This document shows positions 1 through 13,710 of a stretch of 64,000 nucleotides of DNA, piece by piece; positions within the stretch are counted from its first letter, which is position 1, and every line of letters starts with the position of its first letter. The stretch lies in contig NC_091477.1 in assembly GCF_036971445.1 (NCBI RefSeq), forward strand, positions 14,508,001-14,572,000, in the 5' to 3' direction. Both the position numbers and the translations under genes were made by a program. Origin of the DNA: Narcine bancroftii. Taxonomy: Eukaryota. Under the pieces are notes generated by a model. It saw only the letters and a list, made by a program, of their open reading frames with translations, had not been told where the DNA came from and did not search any database.

Positions 1-2159
1 TTAAGTTTCTGCACTGTGGTTTTGTTTTAAACCCCATACACTCAATGTTTTAAAGTCCAATGCTTAAAATTAATTCTCTCTCCCAAATCCTAAATCATAT
101 CTCTGGGTAAAATGGATCTATTTTCCAAACATATGTGGTGTTTTAGTTACCTATTCCTTTGTGCAGAATGAGTAGAGCTTTTTACAATCTTTTCTCAGGG
201 CTCTTTCAATAGCATTTTCAGATTTACATCAGTCTGGAAAAAGGGGTGTCTGAAGTGTCATACTGCACCTATTTTTTTTAAAATTGAATTACATTTAGAC
301 ATACTGCATGGTACCAGGCCATTTAAGCCCACGAGTCCATGCTGCCCAATTATTTGTTAATATTCCTTTGATGTTCCATGCTTCAAACCAGGGTCTGCAC
401 CAGTATTAGAAGAGGGTAACTGGGTGGGGCACAGCACAACAGTCATTTACTTGCTCAGAAGTTTGGGAGGGTGCTGAGTGGACATAAACCTCCTCCGTCT
501 CTCTGACGTACAGCTGAAAGCACTGCTTTTATTGCGTGGAGAGTTACTAACGTGTGTAAAGCTAGATGCTAGTGACTCTTGACACATGCTTGTGGTGGGG
601 ACGGGCCTAAACAACGACTGATGGCTCCAAGTGTATGGGGCACAGCTCCTCGCAAGGGGCACAATGCCTGTGAATGGCTGCCCTTGGCACCGACCATGGG
701 CATAGATATAAAGACAAGTGATGAAATGTGTTCCCCTATCTAAAAATTTTTCTCATTCATGTCTTTTATGTGGCTCCACTGTGAGTCACACTCTTGCTCA
801 ATGCACAGATTTTTATGAGGCAATCACTGCAGATTCAATTGTTTTTTTTAACCCAAATTTAAAATGTTAATTCATATGCAATGCTCAGTGCCCTAAAAGG
901 ATTTTATTAAATTTTTTTTGTAAAGCAGGTACTCTGCTTTCTCATCTACTTTTTTTTCATCCAGGAAAGATTAATTTAGCTAACTTCAAACTTGAAAAGT
1001 GACTATTTTTCCCCTTGTTAAAAATCCTGACCCACCACTGCACACCCTTACAGATCGGCACAGCTTTTATCAAGATGGAATGAGAGCTAGTTTTGATGTG
1101 TCAAGGATGTTGTTGTTTACTGCTGTGAATGACACCAAAAAAAAATACTTGGCTCACGGCAGGTGTCTGGTGCACTTCTTTGGAGGTCGCAGACATCGCT
1201 GTTGGATTTTAGTTCCTGAGAGCACCTGACATTTTTCTGGTTTGTAGGTATTGATATCAGTTTTGTAAGTTGCTATCAGGAGGCTTGGTGTGAGACCTTT
1301 GTGATATTCAGAGCAACCAAACACCAGAAGGTGCAGAAAAATGGTTCTTTATTGACACTCTTCAGAGTATTTTCTTCTGCTTTATTTTAAAAAAAGTGAT
1401 TTCACTACCATGATTGGTTGCTGACAGCAGGAACTCACCACATATTAAATGGGCAGTGAATTTGAATATTCTCTTCATGCATTTCAAATGCTTATCCCAT
1501 TACAAAACATGACCAGACAGGAAATAATTATTCAACTTGCAAGTTTCTAAAATGACAAGCCCTCCAAACAAAAAAAACTGACTGACTTGGGTTTGCTCGG
1601 TTTTCTAAGAGTTTGGCACAAAATTACCTATGTTACCTTAAGCACGGGAAAGCTTCAGGTCTGGATTCCAGTAGAGAAGCCCAAATCTTCTGCATATTTC
1701 CCCGTTTCACTGCACTGCAACAGGCATGGCAGAGCAGGAGCTTGCTGAGTTTCCCAATACTGAAGGAGCTTATGAAACGTACACCAAGTTAGATCTGGTT
1801 CAGGTTACACGAAGGAAACTACAAATGCTGGAATCTGAAGTTAAATGAACACAGTTAGAGGAACATAGCAGGTCTTGCAGCATCAGTAGAAGAAAGCGAA
1901 TAGCCACCATTTCAAACTAAGAAACTTTATTGAGACAGCCTCAACCAAGAGTTTTGGTTCGAAATGTCAACCAGGGTCCTGGAGCCCTCTATATCCACTA
2001 AGCATTATTGGTCAGTGCGGAAGAAAATTCAGTCAATTTAAATAAGATTTCAGGATTATTTCTGTTTTGTTTAAATTTATCAGAACCTGCTGAGATATTG
2101 CAATGTCTGGAATTAAAAACTGATCAGTACCAGTAAACATACTATTATCAAATAGTTTT

Positions 2160-2340
2160 AACATCTGATTAGTTTACAGTTGCTCTTCAAGGAAGGAAAT
2201 CACCTATTCTTATCTGGTTTGAACCAAGATCCCCCCCAACGATGTGTACTCTTTAATATCACCTCAGCTGATTAATGAAGGATAAATGCTGACATTTCCA
2301 GTATCACCATGTTTTGTGAACCAAAAAAGATGAAAAAAAA
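2160..2340 (+). mobile_element. Decayed 3' tail of an elasmobranch LINE
   Basis: ggaaggaaatc...cttatctgg...ataaatgctgacatttccagtatcaccatg followed by an A-rich end resembles a common shark/ray LINE 3' end; related pieces near 27600-27770, 52750-52960 (minus) and 61960-62170. Confidence 0.5.
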
Positions 2341-2744
2341 ACACAAATCCATTTTTTATTGTCAGTGAACCAAGAAAATGGGACAGCTAATACCAGGCCA
2401 GGGATAAAGTGGGGAAATGGTAAGATGACTCAAGATGCAGCTAACTAGTCAACCAGACTTTGTTAATATGGCCAGTAAGTCACAGTCCCCAAGCACCAGC
2501 CCACCAGACCTGTATCTTACATGTACCTGAAAATAAGAAATCACTGGATGATCACAAATTAAGCAGCAATCAGATTGGTGCTTGAGTCTTGAAATGGTCT
2601 GATCTGTTTGTGTGAATAACCTGGCAAAAGCCTCCCACTCCACCCTTTATCTAATCAAATGGTGTTAGGCATTACCATCTATTAAAGCTGTCAAGCTTTC
2701 ACAAAAAAAAATCCTTTCCTATCTCGCTCACAATCAAAATCACG

Positions 2745-2935
2745 GTTGGCTAAGCAGTTAGCACAATGCTGTGACAGAGCCTAAAAAACCAGGGTTCCAA
2801 TTCAGTGTTGTCTGTAAGGAGTTTTTATCCCACTCTTCAAAACAAATGGTGATGTAGTTCATATGGGAGTGATTGGATGGTATGGGCTCATGGGCAAAAA
2901 CGAGCCTGTTACCATATTATATGTTTACAGTTTAA
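2745..2935 (+). mobile_element. HE1/V-SINE-like SINE fragment
   Basis: ggttggc...gttagcacaatgct...gggttccaattcagtgttgtctgtaaggagttt head, and tail ending tttaaaaaaa. Confidence 0.65.
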
Positions 2936-5504
2936 AAAAAAATTAAAAGTGTAAAAGTTTTAAAAATCACTGATAAACTGTGAAAAATTAAATTTAAAAT
3001 TATCTTAAGAAAAATAAATATTTAAGCAATCATGTAAAACATAAAATCACTCTGGAGCAATTCAACATAGTACAGCTATCACAAACAATTCCAACAAAGA
3101 GATCATTTTTCTCGGTCTTCTCCAACTTAGATATACAGGAATTCAGCAAGCCCTCTGCTCCTGGACTCCACGAGAGTACTGACACATTTGCTGTCAAGAA
3201 TCTATCAGTAAATTTGAAATTTCTGTGTTCAGATATGCATGAACTAAGGTTCAAAACTCACTGGCACTAGTTTATGACAGAACTGCCAGCCAAACCCATC
3301 AAAATTCAGACCAATATATGTTGGGAATGTGAAAAAGAATCACGGAGAAATATCCAATTTCCATCTTGTGATTAAGAAGAGACATGCAGATATATAAATC
3401 ATTAAAAAATATAAAAAAGGTACATTCAACTTTGAGTATAAATGGAAAATGGTTATGATGGCTTTTCACACATCGAAATTAGGCTACATTTATGCCATTC
3501 TTGGGAAAAATAAGTAATAACCATTGAGAGCAGCATAATTGTGGTTGATCACAATTTTACACAGATGAGGACTCTGAAGGATCAGAAAAAAATTAGCCAT
3601 AAGAGTTGTCTCTCTCAAATTACGTACATTTATCTGATTTCTTGGAAATGTTCAAAGTGAAAGAGTAATGGACAAATTTAATGAAGACTGATAATTCTTG
3701 AGAAGCATGTTAAAAATGCATTATCACAATTTCAAAATAAGGCCTGCATGCATTCAAAGAGCAATATTTCTTGCAGAGTTAAGGCTGATGTAATACCTTG
3801 TCACAATTGAAAATCAAGTCGTAAATTGACTCCAACTAGAAAAGAGGGTCCAGATAATTATCTCTGAAGTAGTATTGTAAGAATTCAGTGTAAATTACCT
3901 TTTGAGCCGGGCTTATTCTCAACGGTCAGCAACTGGATGATCTGATTTGGTATTGATACCTCAACTTTTCCAAAGAAGGCAGAGTGTAAGGTTTGTCCCT
4001 TCTGCTGTAATCGGGGAGGATAATTAGTCCCCTTGTGCTAATGTACAAAATGTTTTGCATGAAGAATAGCCAAACAAATAATGTTTTCCCGACTTAGTAT
4101 TGATCACATTTGTATTCTCTCTTTAAAATATTTTTATTTTCCCTTGGTGACTGAAGACCAAAACAGAAGAAATACCAGAAATCATCCAAAACAAAAGGTT
4201 AATGTTTGCGTGATATTTCAGTCAGTAAAAAGAACTGAAAGAAAAGAAATGGTGATACTTTTCTTTGAAAATAAAGGTTGCTGGTTCGAGCTGCAACCTC
4301 AAAACTGTATAATGACATGTTAAATTACCAAGAAAAATCAAGACAGGCAGGTTTGTTTTGACCAGTTGATAAATTTTTGTGTGAAATTTTGTGAGATGAA
4401 GTGACATTTTCTTGACAGTATTAAAAATGCTTTTTAATGAAAAAGACACAGAAGGCCAAATGACTGCTAAATTGGCACTGTCAACCCAGAAAAGGAGATT
4501 GCAGGTTTCAGAATTTTTTGATAAGGTATTGTTTTTTTTTTAAACGATATACCGTAAAGCAGAAATCCAAAAAGCACCAGTTAAAAAGTGCATTGGATCA
4601 AACAGCTGTACAGTATTGTTCCCTTTGATTCTCTTGAGATGGTTCAAGCATGAATTACAATTGTTGAATGGGAGGAGGAAAATTTGCACCTGAACACAAG
4701 CTATTCGAGGAGCTTCATCAGTGGAGGAAAAAAGAATGGTTAATTTTGGGAGGGGGGGGGGGAAAACCCCCAATCAAGTTTCAATTAAATATTTCTGTCC
4801 AAAATGTCACGTTCCCCCAGCTTGGTTGTGTTTGGCTTCATATTCCTGCATCTGTAGTCTTCTTGCTGTCTTGAGGAATATTTGAAGTTTATTCTGGGAA
4901 TAACTTGATGTAGAGCAGCTGAATTAATGCTTCTACTGGAAATGGTTTAGTTTTCAATTGGTTTTGACAGAGTGACTGCTTTGTCCCCACTCTGCTTGTG
5001 TTTTGCACTCCACCTCAGCATCTTGCAGACTTTCTTGTTTAACTTCATGCATATTCCCCACTCTGCTTTTCCGTTCACCTGGATCTTGTTTGTAAAGGGA
5101 GTTGGAAGGCTATGCAGGGTGATGATGATCTGCACACACTAAAACAAGACTGAAGACTGAACAACATTTCTTTTTAAATGTGTACTATTGGTCCTTCTTA
5201 ACAATGCTTCATGAACAAGTTTCATCTTAAATTAGTTGAAGTAATATTGTTGGAGAATTCAAGCCTATCACTCCTGGAAGTAAGCAAACTGAAAGTTTCA
5301 AACAGCTCAATCTAGTTCACAAGGATCAACTTTGCTTTTGTTAGATTTAAGTAAAAAAAATACCATCAAATTTATACTTTTGATTTCAGTTTTATTTTGA
5401 ACTTTGTTACTTGTTTATTATATATTGAACGTTGCATAATTTAGACAAAACATTAATAGATATAGTTTTTTCCCCATTAAATTTTTAAAACTTTTTTTTA
5501 TATT

Positions 5505-5722
5505 TCAGAGATGCATGCCCTTTCAGTCTGAGAGCCTGCGCTGTAGAAATACACCCAATTAACCTATCAACCCTGTATGTGTTTGGAACATGGGTGGAAA
5601 CTAGTGCACCAGGGTTGTGTGGAGGTGGGGGGGATCCCATGCAGACACGGGAAGAATGCAGAAACTCCTTAGAGATTCAAATCGGGTCACCGGTGCAGTA
5701 ATTGCAATGTGCTAACCACTGA
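5505..5722 (-). mobile_element. HE1/V-SINE-like SINE
   Basis: Reverse complement of the V-domain (gggtggaaactagtgcacc...cccatgcagacacgggaagaatgcagaaactcctta). Confidence 0.65.
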
Positions 5723-6573
5723 TTTTTTCTTAGTTTAACAGATTGGCTTTGTATTAGATGCTTATTCAAGTGGAATTGGCTTATGCTGAACAAGTGTGCT
5801 CCTGTTGACAGTGAGAACTACTTGATCTGTCAAATGGCTGTCATTCCATTATGGCCAGTCCCCCCTTTTGTCAGGTCTGGCCACGCAACTGGCATTCTAA
5901 ACAGTAAAAGAGGAACGTCTTGATTCGAGATTGGCATGTTATTAAATAGGGATTGACAGCAATGATTAGTTATAGAATTTGCTGTCACTCTACAGACCAA
6001 AAATAGTGATGCAATTCTGATGTCATTTTGTGAACAGCATTTTATGCAATATCTTTCTGACATTTTATTTTTGTTCAAGGTGATAAAGTACTTAAATGAT
6101 TGGTTAATTGATTTCCTCTTTTATCTCTGTTATTTAATCTTCCAAATGTTATCAAGTAAAATGAACAAAATTAAGTCTGAACCCGAAACTGGGATTTGGT
6201 CATTTTGATCAATTTAATCTGTGTATACCTTATGTGCACTTCACCAATGATTTTTCAGAAAAAAAGTCCTATAATGTTGACAAATCTCCCTTAATTAACA
6301 TAAGAAATATTTATGTTGAGAAAAGAACACTTCAGTTTGCTTTCCAATTTAATTTCACGATGAATCTACCCTCATATCAAAGCACTCCTCTCCCATTCCA
6401 TATGCCAATCGTTGATGACAACCACTCAGATTTATCTGCCTGTTTGATAAGGGTGAGCATTTGATGAAGGAGGACAAAATGGTGAAGAATAGTTTTGTTC
6501 TCTGGACTTATGAAAGTTTAATTTTTGTTCAAGCTTTCAGTTCTTAGGCAAGCTAATTTTGAGCCTGGCTTAT

Positions 6574-6578
<5 letters not shown>

Positions 6579-6612
<34 letters not shown>

Positions 6613-6648
6613 AACAAAAAACAAAAAAAAAAAAAAAAAAAAAAAAAA
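6579..6648 (+). repeat. Poly(A) tract with a few C interruptions
   Basis: About 70 bp of almost pure A. Confidence 0.95.
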
Positions 6649-6744
6649 CTTCAATTTGTGCATAAATATTATGACGCATGGGTGGAGAATTTAAGTATTG
6701 GCACCAGTGAGATGCTGCCTTGGTTAAGGGATGAGAAGCACTGA

Positions 6745-8230
6745 ATGACCACTGAAGAAGTAGGCCATTCAGCCCTTCAAACTTTAAAAAAATATTATTG
6801 TTGCTTTTCATCAGATCTTCTACCTTGGCGACATTTCTTTCACCAATGCCATATCCCTAAATATCTCCAGTGATCTTAACATTGAACATTTGGATTTAAT
6901 GAGCCTCAAATCTTCTCATAGGACAATTCCAAAGATTCACCATCCTCTGGCGAAGAAACATCTTGTATCTGCCTCAGATAGACAAATCTTATTCTGATAC
7001 TTTAACCCCTGTATCTGAATGTCACGACCAAGGGAAACATCCATGCTGTCATACCCTGTCAGAATTTCATATTTCAATGAGATCACCGCTCATTCTTCCA
7101 GACAAGAGTTTTCTTAACTTTTCCACATATAAATAAAGCCACTGTCCCAGAAATCTATCTATTAAGCTTTGCTACATTTCTTCTGTTCCAGGTGTATCCT
7201 TCCTTTGGCAGGGAGACCAGACATGCGCAACGAATTCCAGATGTGGTCTCATCACAATCCTTTATAAGTGTGATCGTACAGACCTATCACCAATGTATAT
7301 AGTTACAGTATCTAGACTGTGCTTACAGCGATTGGCTGAGAGCTTAGCTACACCTACAATCTGGGCCTTCAAGGGTTGTGTCCCGAGCCAGGTCGGATCA
7401 TTCCGGACTGGTCGGCCACCTGTGAAGAGCTCCTGTCTTTTGCTAATAAAAGCCTTGGTTTGGATCAGCAAGTCTTTGGTTCTTTCGACGAGCTCCACAA
7501 TAAGTAAATAAATATTTTACCATTTTTTGCACTCAAATCTTTTTGCAGTGAAGACCAGCAGACTATTTTCCTTTCAGATTGTTGTAGCTCTATCTCAGTT
7601 ACTCATTATACAAGAATACCCACTACCCTCTGAATACAAATATCCTTCCATCTATCATGGATTAAAAAAAAATCTCCCTTTTTCAGCCTCCTGTCAATCA
7701 CCTCATTTTTTAAAAAGATATATTCCATTAGAGAAATTCTCACTATTCGGTTTATCTCTCCAAATCACTTTGATATCTTTTTGCATATTCCTCACAAATT
7801 GTTATTTCATGAGTAGACTTAGAAATATTACACTTGATACTCTCATCTAAATTATTGATGTTTTGATGAACAACTTGGCATGGATGTGAACTTTGTGACA
7901 CCCTCATGTTATAGCTTCCATATTTAAACATTATTCTTTACTATGTTATCCAATCCTTCAACTACATCTGTATTCTATCCCAAATACTGTGCACTCTAAT
8001 GTTATTTACTCTTGTATTGTGAGGCACATTTAATAAAGATCTTGAAGTCCAAATGCACCACATCAGCATGCTCCCCTGAACCTGTACTCATTATTGCAAG
8101 GTTTATAAAAAAAGATGCAGCAAATACGATTTATCTTTAATAATTTTAAGTTGACTCTGCAACTCTTGCCATTTCATTCCCCAAATGTCCTCTCACAATT
8201 TTCTTTTAAGTAGACTCCAGCATTGTTTCC
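6745..8230 (-). mobile_element. Decayed CR1-type LINE 3' part, interrupted by a solo LTR
   Basis: Reverse CR1 3' end (gaagtaggccattcagcccttc) followed by reverse RT C-terminal relics (ggagaccagac...ttccagatgtggtctca). Confidence 0.65.
7269..7499 (+). mobile_element. Solo LTR (Gypsy-like)
   Basis: TGTG...CACA termini, exact 5-bp TSD ATAAG (7264-7268 / 7500-7504), AATAAA at 7445. Confidence 0.85.
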
Positions 8231-8269
8231 AATGTATAAATGTGTAGCAACAAAACACTATTACATTAC

Positions 8270-8470
8270 CAGCAACCCAGGTTGAAATTCAGTGCTGTCT
8301 GTAAGAAGTTTGTACCTTCTCCCCACGTCTGCATGAGTTTCCTCTGGGTGCTCAGGTTTCTTCAAAAGTTCCAAAGATGTATGGGTTGGTCAGTTATTTG
8401 GTCACATGGGTGTCATTGGGAGGTGCAAGCAATGGAGCAGAAAAGGCTTTGCCATGCTGTATCTCTAAAT
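8270..8470 (+). mobile_element. HE1/V-SINE-like SINE
   Basis: gctgtctgtaagaagtttgtaccttctccccacgtctgcatgagtttcctctgggtgctcaggtttc V-domain; tail gctgtatctctaaat. Confidence 0.75.
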
Positions 8471-8477
8471 GATAATT

Positions 8478-8555
8478 GATCTCGATTTCCCTCATTCCTT
8501 TCACCATTCTACGTTGGATCTCGATTTCCCTCATTCCTTTCACCCTTCTACGTTG
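8478..8555. repeat. Tandem duplication, 2 x 39 bp
   Basis: gatctcgatttccctcattcctttcacc(a/c)ttctacgttg twice, one mismatch. Confidence 0.95.
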
Positions 8556-8608
8556 AATAAAGCTGCTAGTTTCCAATGCATGGAAACCATATTAAGGATG
8601 TGGATATT

Positions 8609-9400
8609 TCAAGTCAAGTCAGGTTTATTGTCATCTTATTGCACTTGCACGACCTGACGAAAGAGCGTTCTCAGGTCCTCGGTGCAAAACACACAGATGC
8701 AAATCCAGACATCACACACATACAGACAAACAATGCATATGCAGGACAAGTATTCATCTATACAAATAAATATTGTTTTGTAAATATGAGAGTCTCGGAT
8801 GGTTAGTGTGAGCCGTTCCTTTGGTCGTTCACCCTTTTCACTGCCCGTGGGAAGAAGCTGTTGCTCAGCCTGGTGCACCTGGCTCTGATATTCTTGTATC
8901 TCTCTGGAGAGGTGCAGCTAAATGATGCTGTGTGCAGATGGAAGGGGTCCTCTGTGATTTTGCGTGTTCACTTCACTCAATGATCCTGATCGATCACCTC
9001 GATGACGGGCAGGGAGGGATGTGTAGATGAGGGTTGTCATTCCTGGTCCTCCTGAAATCCTTGATCATCTCCTTCGTCTCATCGATGTTGAGCCTCGTTG
9101 TTCCTCTCACACCATAAAACAAGATTTTCCACCTCTTCTCTGTTGTGTGACTCATTGTTGTTTCTGATGAAGCCAACTGTTCTTGTCATCCGAAAATTTA
9201 ATGACACTGTTGGAACTGGATCTGGGGAAGCAGTTGTGAGTCGTAGCATGAATAGGAGTGAGCTGAACACCTCAGTATGATGGTGATATTCTGCAACCAA
9301 TCCAAAAAAAAACTGTGGTCTTTCCGAGAGGAAGTCCAGAATCCAATTACAGAGTGGGGTGTTGACTCCCAGCAAAGACAGCTTCACCACTAGCCTCTAG
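8609..9400 (-). mobile_element. Rex1/Babar-type LINE 3' fragment
   Basis: Minus ORFs contain [28 protein letters not shown] and [15 protein letters not shown]; reverse 3' tail caagtcaagtcaggtttattgtcat. Confidence 0.8.
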
Positions 9401-9682
9401 AAAATAATTTTATTCAGACTGAGGAGATGAAAAAAAATTATTGGCTTAGTAGTTTGTAAATCTTCAGAAATATCTTCTCGAGACCTTTGGATCCCTTGAT
9501 CAGGCCGAGATTGTTGGATATTTGGACATAAAATAAATCATAGAGAATAAAGATCAAGCAGAAACGTGTCAGTTTTCTTATAAAAGTTGTGTAACACTCT
9601 ATGGTCTGTGCTTGTTCTAATGCCCACTCCCTGCGACCAATCTTTTCTTAGTTTAACAAGAATCTGAATTGTGCTTTACATG

Positions 9683-9929
9683 TGATACACTATCAATAAT
9701 ATCAAAAGCTGGAGATGCAGGACGACATGCTTTTAATACTATGAGACATGGACCATGCTCCATGTTCTGGTCTGATCTCAGGACTCGTACTGCAGGAGGG
9801 ACTTGGCTTAACTCCATTTATTAGGGGATTCCAGGGGGGTGGAGTCTCTGAGGGAAGGTGGGCCGGCCATACAGATTAGCCAAACATTTTCACAGTGCCA
9901 GTAACCGTATACTGTGCTGTATCACCACA
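9683..9929 (-). mobile_element. Solo LTR (Gypsy-like)
   Basis: Minus strand reads TGTGGTGATAC...GTGTATCA; 5-bp TSD ACATG (9678-9682 / 9930-9934); ATTAAA on minus at 9732-9737. Confidence 0.8.
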
Positions 9930-12449
9930 ACATGCTACAATTAGATGTGCTGCTCATGTCCTGTCTGATTGCGAAGAAAGCTGTTGATATCAAGTTGAGA
10001 GACTGACAGAGAGACATTGTGAAATTTTACTTGAAACATACCAATAACTAAACTGAAAATAGTCAAAGGATTTCACATTCAAAACCACATGTCATGGGTT
10101 CTCATTCACCTTATCAAGGGAAATGCATGATCATTGAAAGTTTGTCAAAGCCTTGCTTGGTCTTAATAAGAAGTGAGAGCAAGAGACAAAGTGAAGGCAG
10201 AGCAGCACCAGCTGCTGTTATATAGCGACAGCAATTTGAAAGACAAATGGTATGCTCGTCTTTATTCAATGAAAAGATTTGAGTGCAAGAATGCATAGAC
10301 CTTTCTTTAATTATAAAGGACTGTGGTCAGAAGGGCAAGATCATATTCTTCACCCTTGAAGGAGCAGTACATCCTTCTTCCTCTGGACTTCCTCTGTCAC
10401 ACCTTGGCTCCATGTTTAAGAAGGCATACTCTTTCTTTCTTTCTCCCTGAGGCTTTCTGCTGCACAACACTGAGCTCCAGCAGGCATTGGTGGTTGGTGC
10501 TTTAACTAATATTTACCAATAAATTCAGTTGACATGAATCATTACTTAATCATTCTTGACTAATTTCAGATTTTAAACTCTATGCACCCTGCCAGTTCCA
10601 GATAGAATTTATTTTCTCCTGTGTGGACAAGGGGAGCTACTTAGTATTCGATAGATCAAGTTTCAAGATATTAGTTTTGTTTCAGCTTTATCACATGGTT
10701 TAAAGGATGTAACATATTAAGTATTTGCAAATTGGTTCTTCCTCATTTGAGGTACACTTGTTTTGCTACCTGATCATGGTTAACTGGGGACCCTCACCTT
10801 TTATCTCATCTGACCATTACAAGATGACAAAAGACCTTGTAACTGGGTGATGAAAAATCTGCAAACCAGCCTAAATCAATTCCAAAGTTTAGAGTTGATG
10901 TGTGACTTCAATCTCTATGCCCTGCTCAATGAGGTAGTTCAACACACAAATATTTTTGATGGTGCTTTACAAGCATCTATCAAAATAAGGACTACTTTGT
11001 GTTAAGAGACTATTCACTGAACAGATCATTAATGAACCTCTCCTGCAATCAGTGTGTGCAAGAGGGTTCCATCTTCTCATTCTTAGCTTGATTCAAGCAC
11101 AGGTGTTGCAAATGAAAACACTGTGTGATAACTTGCTTTGTCTCCAACATGTAACATTAGCAAAATAATGAACACTCTATGGCATAGTTTTAGCTCAGAA
11201 CATGAAGCAATTTTACCAAGCAGAGGGCAGGAAAAATTGATAATTGAACATAAACAATCAGATCTCTCTGTTCACCTCCAATCAACTGAAGAATGCCATC
11301 AAGCATTGGACTGGAAAGCAGCTTATTGACTTCACCTGAAGATAAAGAATGAGATGCCAATTAGTGTAAGATAAAACAAAAAAAAACCCAATGTTTCTGC
11401 AGCATCAATAAAATGGCCACTTATATCTATTCTTATTTTAAAATGTTTATCTCAGCTTATCAGTGTAAATGTGTCCAGCTGGCAAACCTTCCCTCAACAA
11501 ATAATTAAATTATCTATTCAGCTATTTAGTGGAAACAAGAAACACTCAACAAAAACATGTATTTTAAATTACAGTGTTTACATTTCTCATCTAGTTAATG
11601 CTATTGGGTGATATTTGGCAGTGGGTTGATTGTATTCAGTCAGTTGAGTTTTAAAAAGAAATTCAGTTTAATAATCAAAATAAGCTCCATGTCTCTGAAA
11701 TGTCTTATAGAAAACTAGTTCATTGTACAGTTCCTACTCATTACTGCATAAACTGCATGAAACTCCATTTAAAAAAAGTACCATCTTCCTAGACTGCTGA
11801 GTTGAAGTGAATTCATACCACCCTATGTCACAAGATCACTGACTCTATTGTCCAATCAGCTTCCAGCTGATCTGAGCTCTTCAAATTCATCTGGCTGAGT
11901 CACCTGATTCCAATTGGCAGATAAAGTGGTGTTGAGGTTTGCTACAGTTTTGTGTTAATGTTTGCCTCCAGACTGGTGTGTTAGAAATAAGATTGGCTGG
12001 AAGAGGATTCAATCAAGTGAAAATTTGTAGCAGGAACAGTAAAGAGTTTAGTCTCTTGGAATTCATCCTCTTCTAAGGTATTCCTTTTTCTGATTATACT
12101 GAGTGTTGATATTAACTTAAGAATGTTCAAGGTCTAAATTGTTGTTGTAAGTGATATTCATAAGGTCACAATTTCATTCTAATCAGTGCTTGATATATGT
12201 TTGCTTTAAATGGAAGCCTTTGATTACTTAATTACCTCAACACTTTGATCTTCTAGTTACATCAAAACTGCCAATTTCATCAATAATAAAGTTTATTTTG
12301 AACAAACTTTAAAAGAGTGATGTTATAGCAACATAATTTTTGTTTGATACAAGTTCACAATGCTGTATCTATGGAGATGGGCAAGTTTCTGATAAATTGC
12401 TTCTAGCAACAGATCTACAGAAAATGCTGGTCTTACGGGCTCCTCATAA

Positions 12450-13565
12450 AGTCCTAGAATAACCTGGAAGCAAATATGCTATTCTTTTTAGCAATCAGTG
12501 CCATCATCCCTTCAAAATCAATTAGCAAATCCAAGACCTGAGCCTCAATACCCCAGTGGGTAATTGAATTCTGGATTTCCTCACCTCCAGGCCACAATCA
12601 GTGTGGGTTAGCAAGAACCCCTCTTCCACAGTTTCCATCAGCATGGAGCATAACAGGTCTGTGTACTTGGCCCCATGCTAGACTTGCTCTACACCTATAT
12701 AACAACACCAGCTGAAACAAATTTGCTGATGACACCACTGTTGTAGGGTGTGTGTGTGTGTATATATAAAGGGCAATGAGTCGGCCTACAAGAGGGAAAT
12801 TGAAAACTTGGCTGAATGGTGTACTAGCAACAACCTCGTGCTCAATGTTACCAAGACCAAAAAACAGATTGTGGACTTAAAGGAAAGCCAGAAGTAATCA
12901 CTGGAGGTGAGGAGGGTAAGAAAATTTTAAATTCCTAAGCGTCACTATCACAGAAGTCGTTTCCTGCTCCCATCATACTAAAGTACATTAGACCCTTTAC
13001 TTCATGCGTTTGCAGAGGTTTGCTATGTCATCAGAAACCTTGGCAAACTTCTGTAAATATGTTGATCAGCCGTATCATAGCCTGCTGTGAGGACATCAAT
13101 GCCTCTTGGTGGAAAACCCTGCAAAAGGGAGTGGAAACAGCCCAGAACATTACAGGCAAAATTCTCCTATCATCAAGAACATCAAGATGGAGCATTGCCA
13201 TTGGAGAGCAGCAGCAATCATCAAGGATCCATACCCATCAAGATGTGCTTTGTATTTGTGCTGCCATCAGGAAAGAAGTACAGGGATAATTGTTACTCCT
13301 CAAACATCAATTTCTGAACACCAGTCTCATTCGGAGACTCAATTAAGGATGTACTTTGCTCATTGTTACTAAATATTTATGTTCTGTATATGCACAGTGT
13401 GTGTTTATATTTCTTTGTACATTTCTTTCTTTTGGAAACTTTCAGCTTGAGTATAGTTTAGTTACCAGTAATTAGAAAATCTGCATTGCCTTCAGGAAAA
13501 AGAATCTCAGGTTTGTATGTGATTCCTTTTATATACTCTAACAAAAAAATGTGAACTTTGAATTT
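12450..13565 (+). mobile_element. Rex1/Babar-type LINE 3' fragment (frameshifted RT)
   Basis: Translatable relics ILDFLT, KFADDTTVVG, ENLAEWC, LNVTKTK and AAAIIKDP; 3' tail gaactttgaatttg. Confidence 0.8.
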
Positions 13566-13710
13566 GTCTTTGATTTTGGCTTCCAATGAATCCTCTTGGC
13601 AATATTACTACAGTGGTCCAGAATGTTCCAGATCGAACCCACCATCAAAATCTAATTCACCCATGCATTTTTATTTTTTTTTTGCCCTGGATTGACTATA
13701 TTTCATTACA

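Noticed and set aside
1724-1810. Possible coding exon cag|gcATGGCAGAG... (MAEQELAEFPNTEGAYETYTKLDLVQ) with a GT donor
   Set aside because: Weak donor (GTTACA), unrecognised peptide, no partner exons; compatible with chance
3105-3270. Polypyrimidine tract plus AG followed by an open frame
   Set aside because: No recognisable protein or convincing donor; adjacent to very old CR1 debris
6518-6811. Poly-Lys / poly-Phe ORFs
   Set aside because: Artefacts of the poly(A) tract
8478-8555. CRISPR-like repeat
   Set aside because: Only two adjacent copies with no spacer, in eukaryotic DNA with no cas genes
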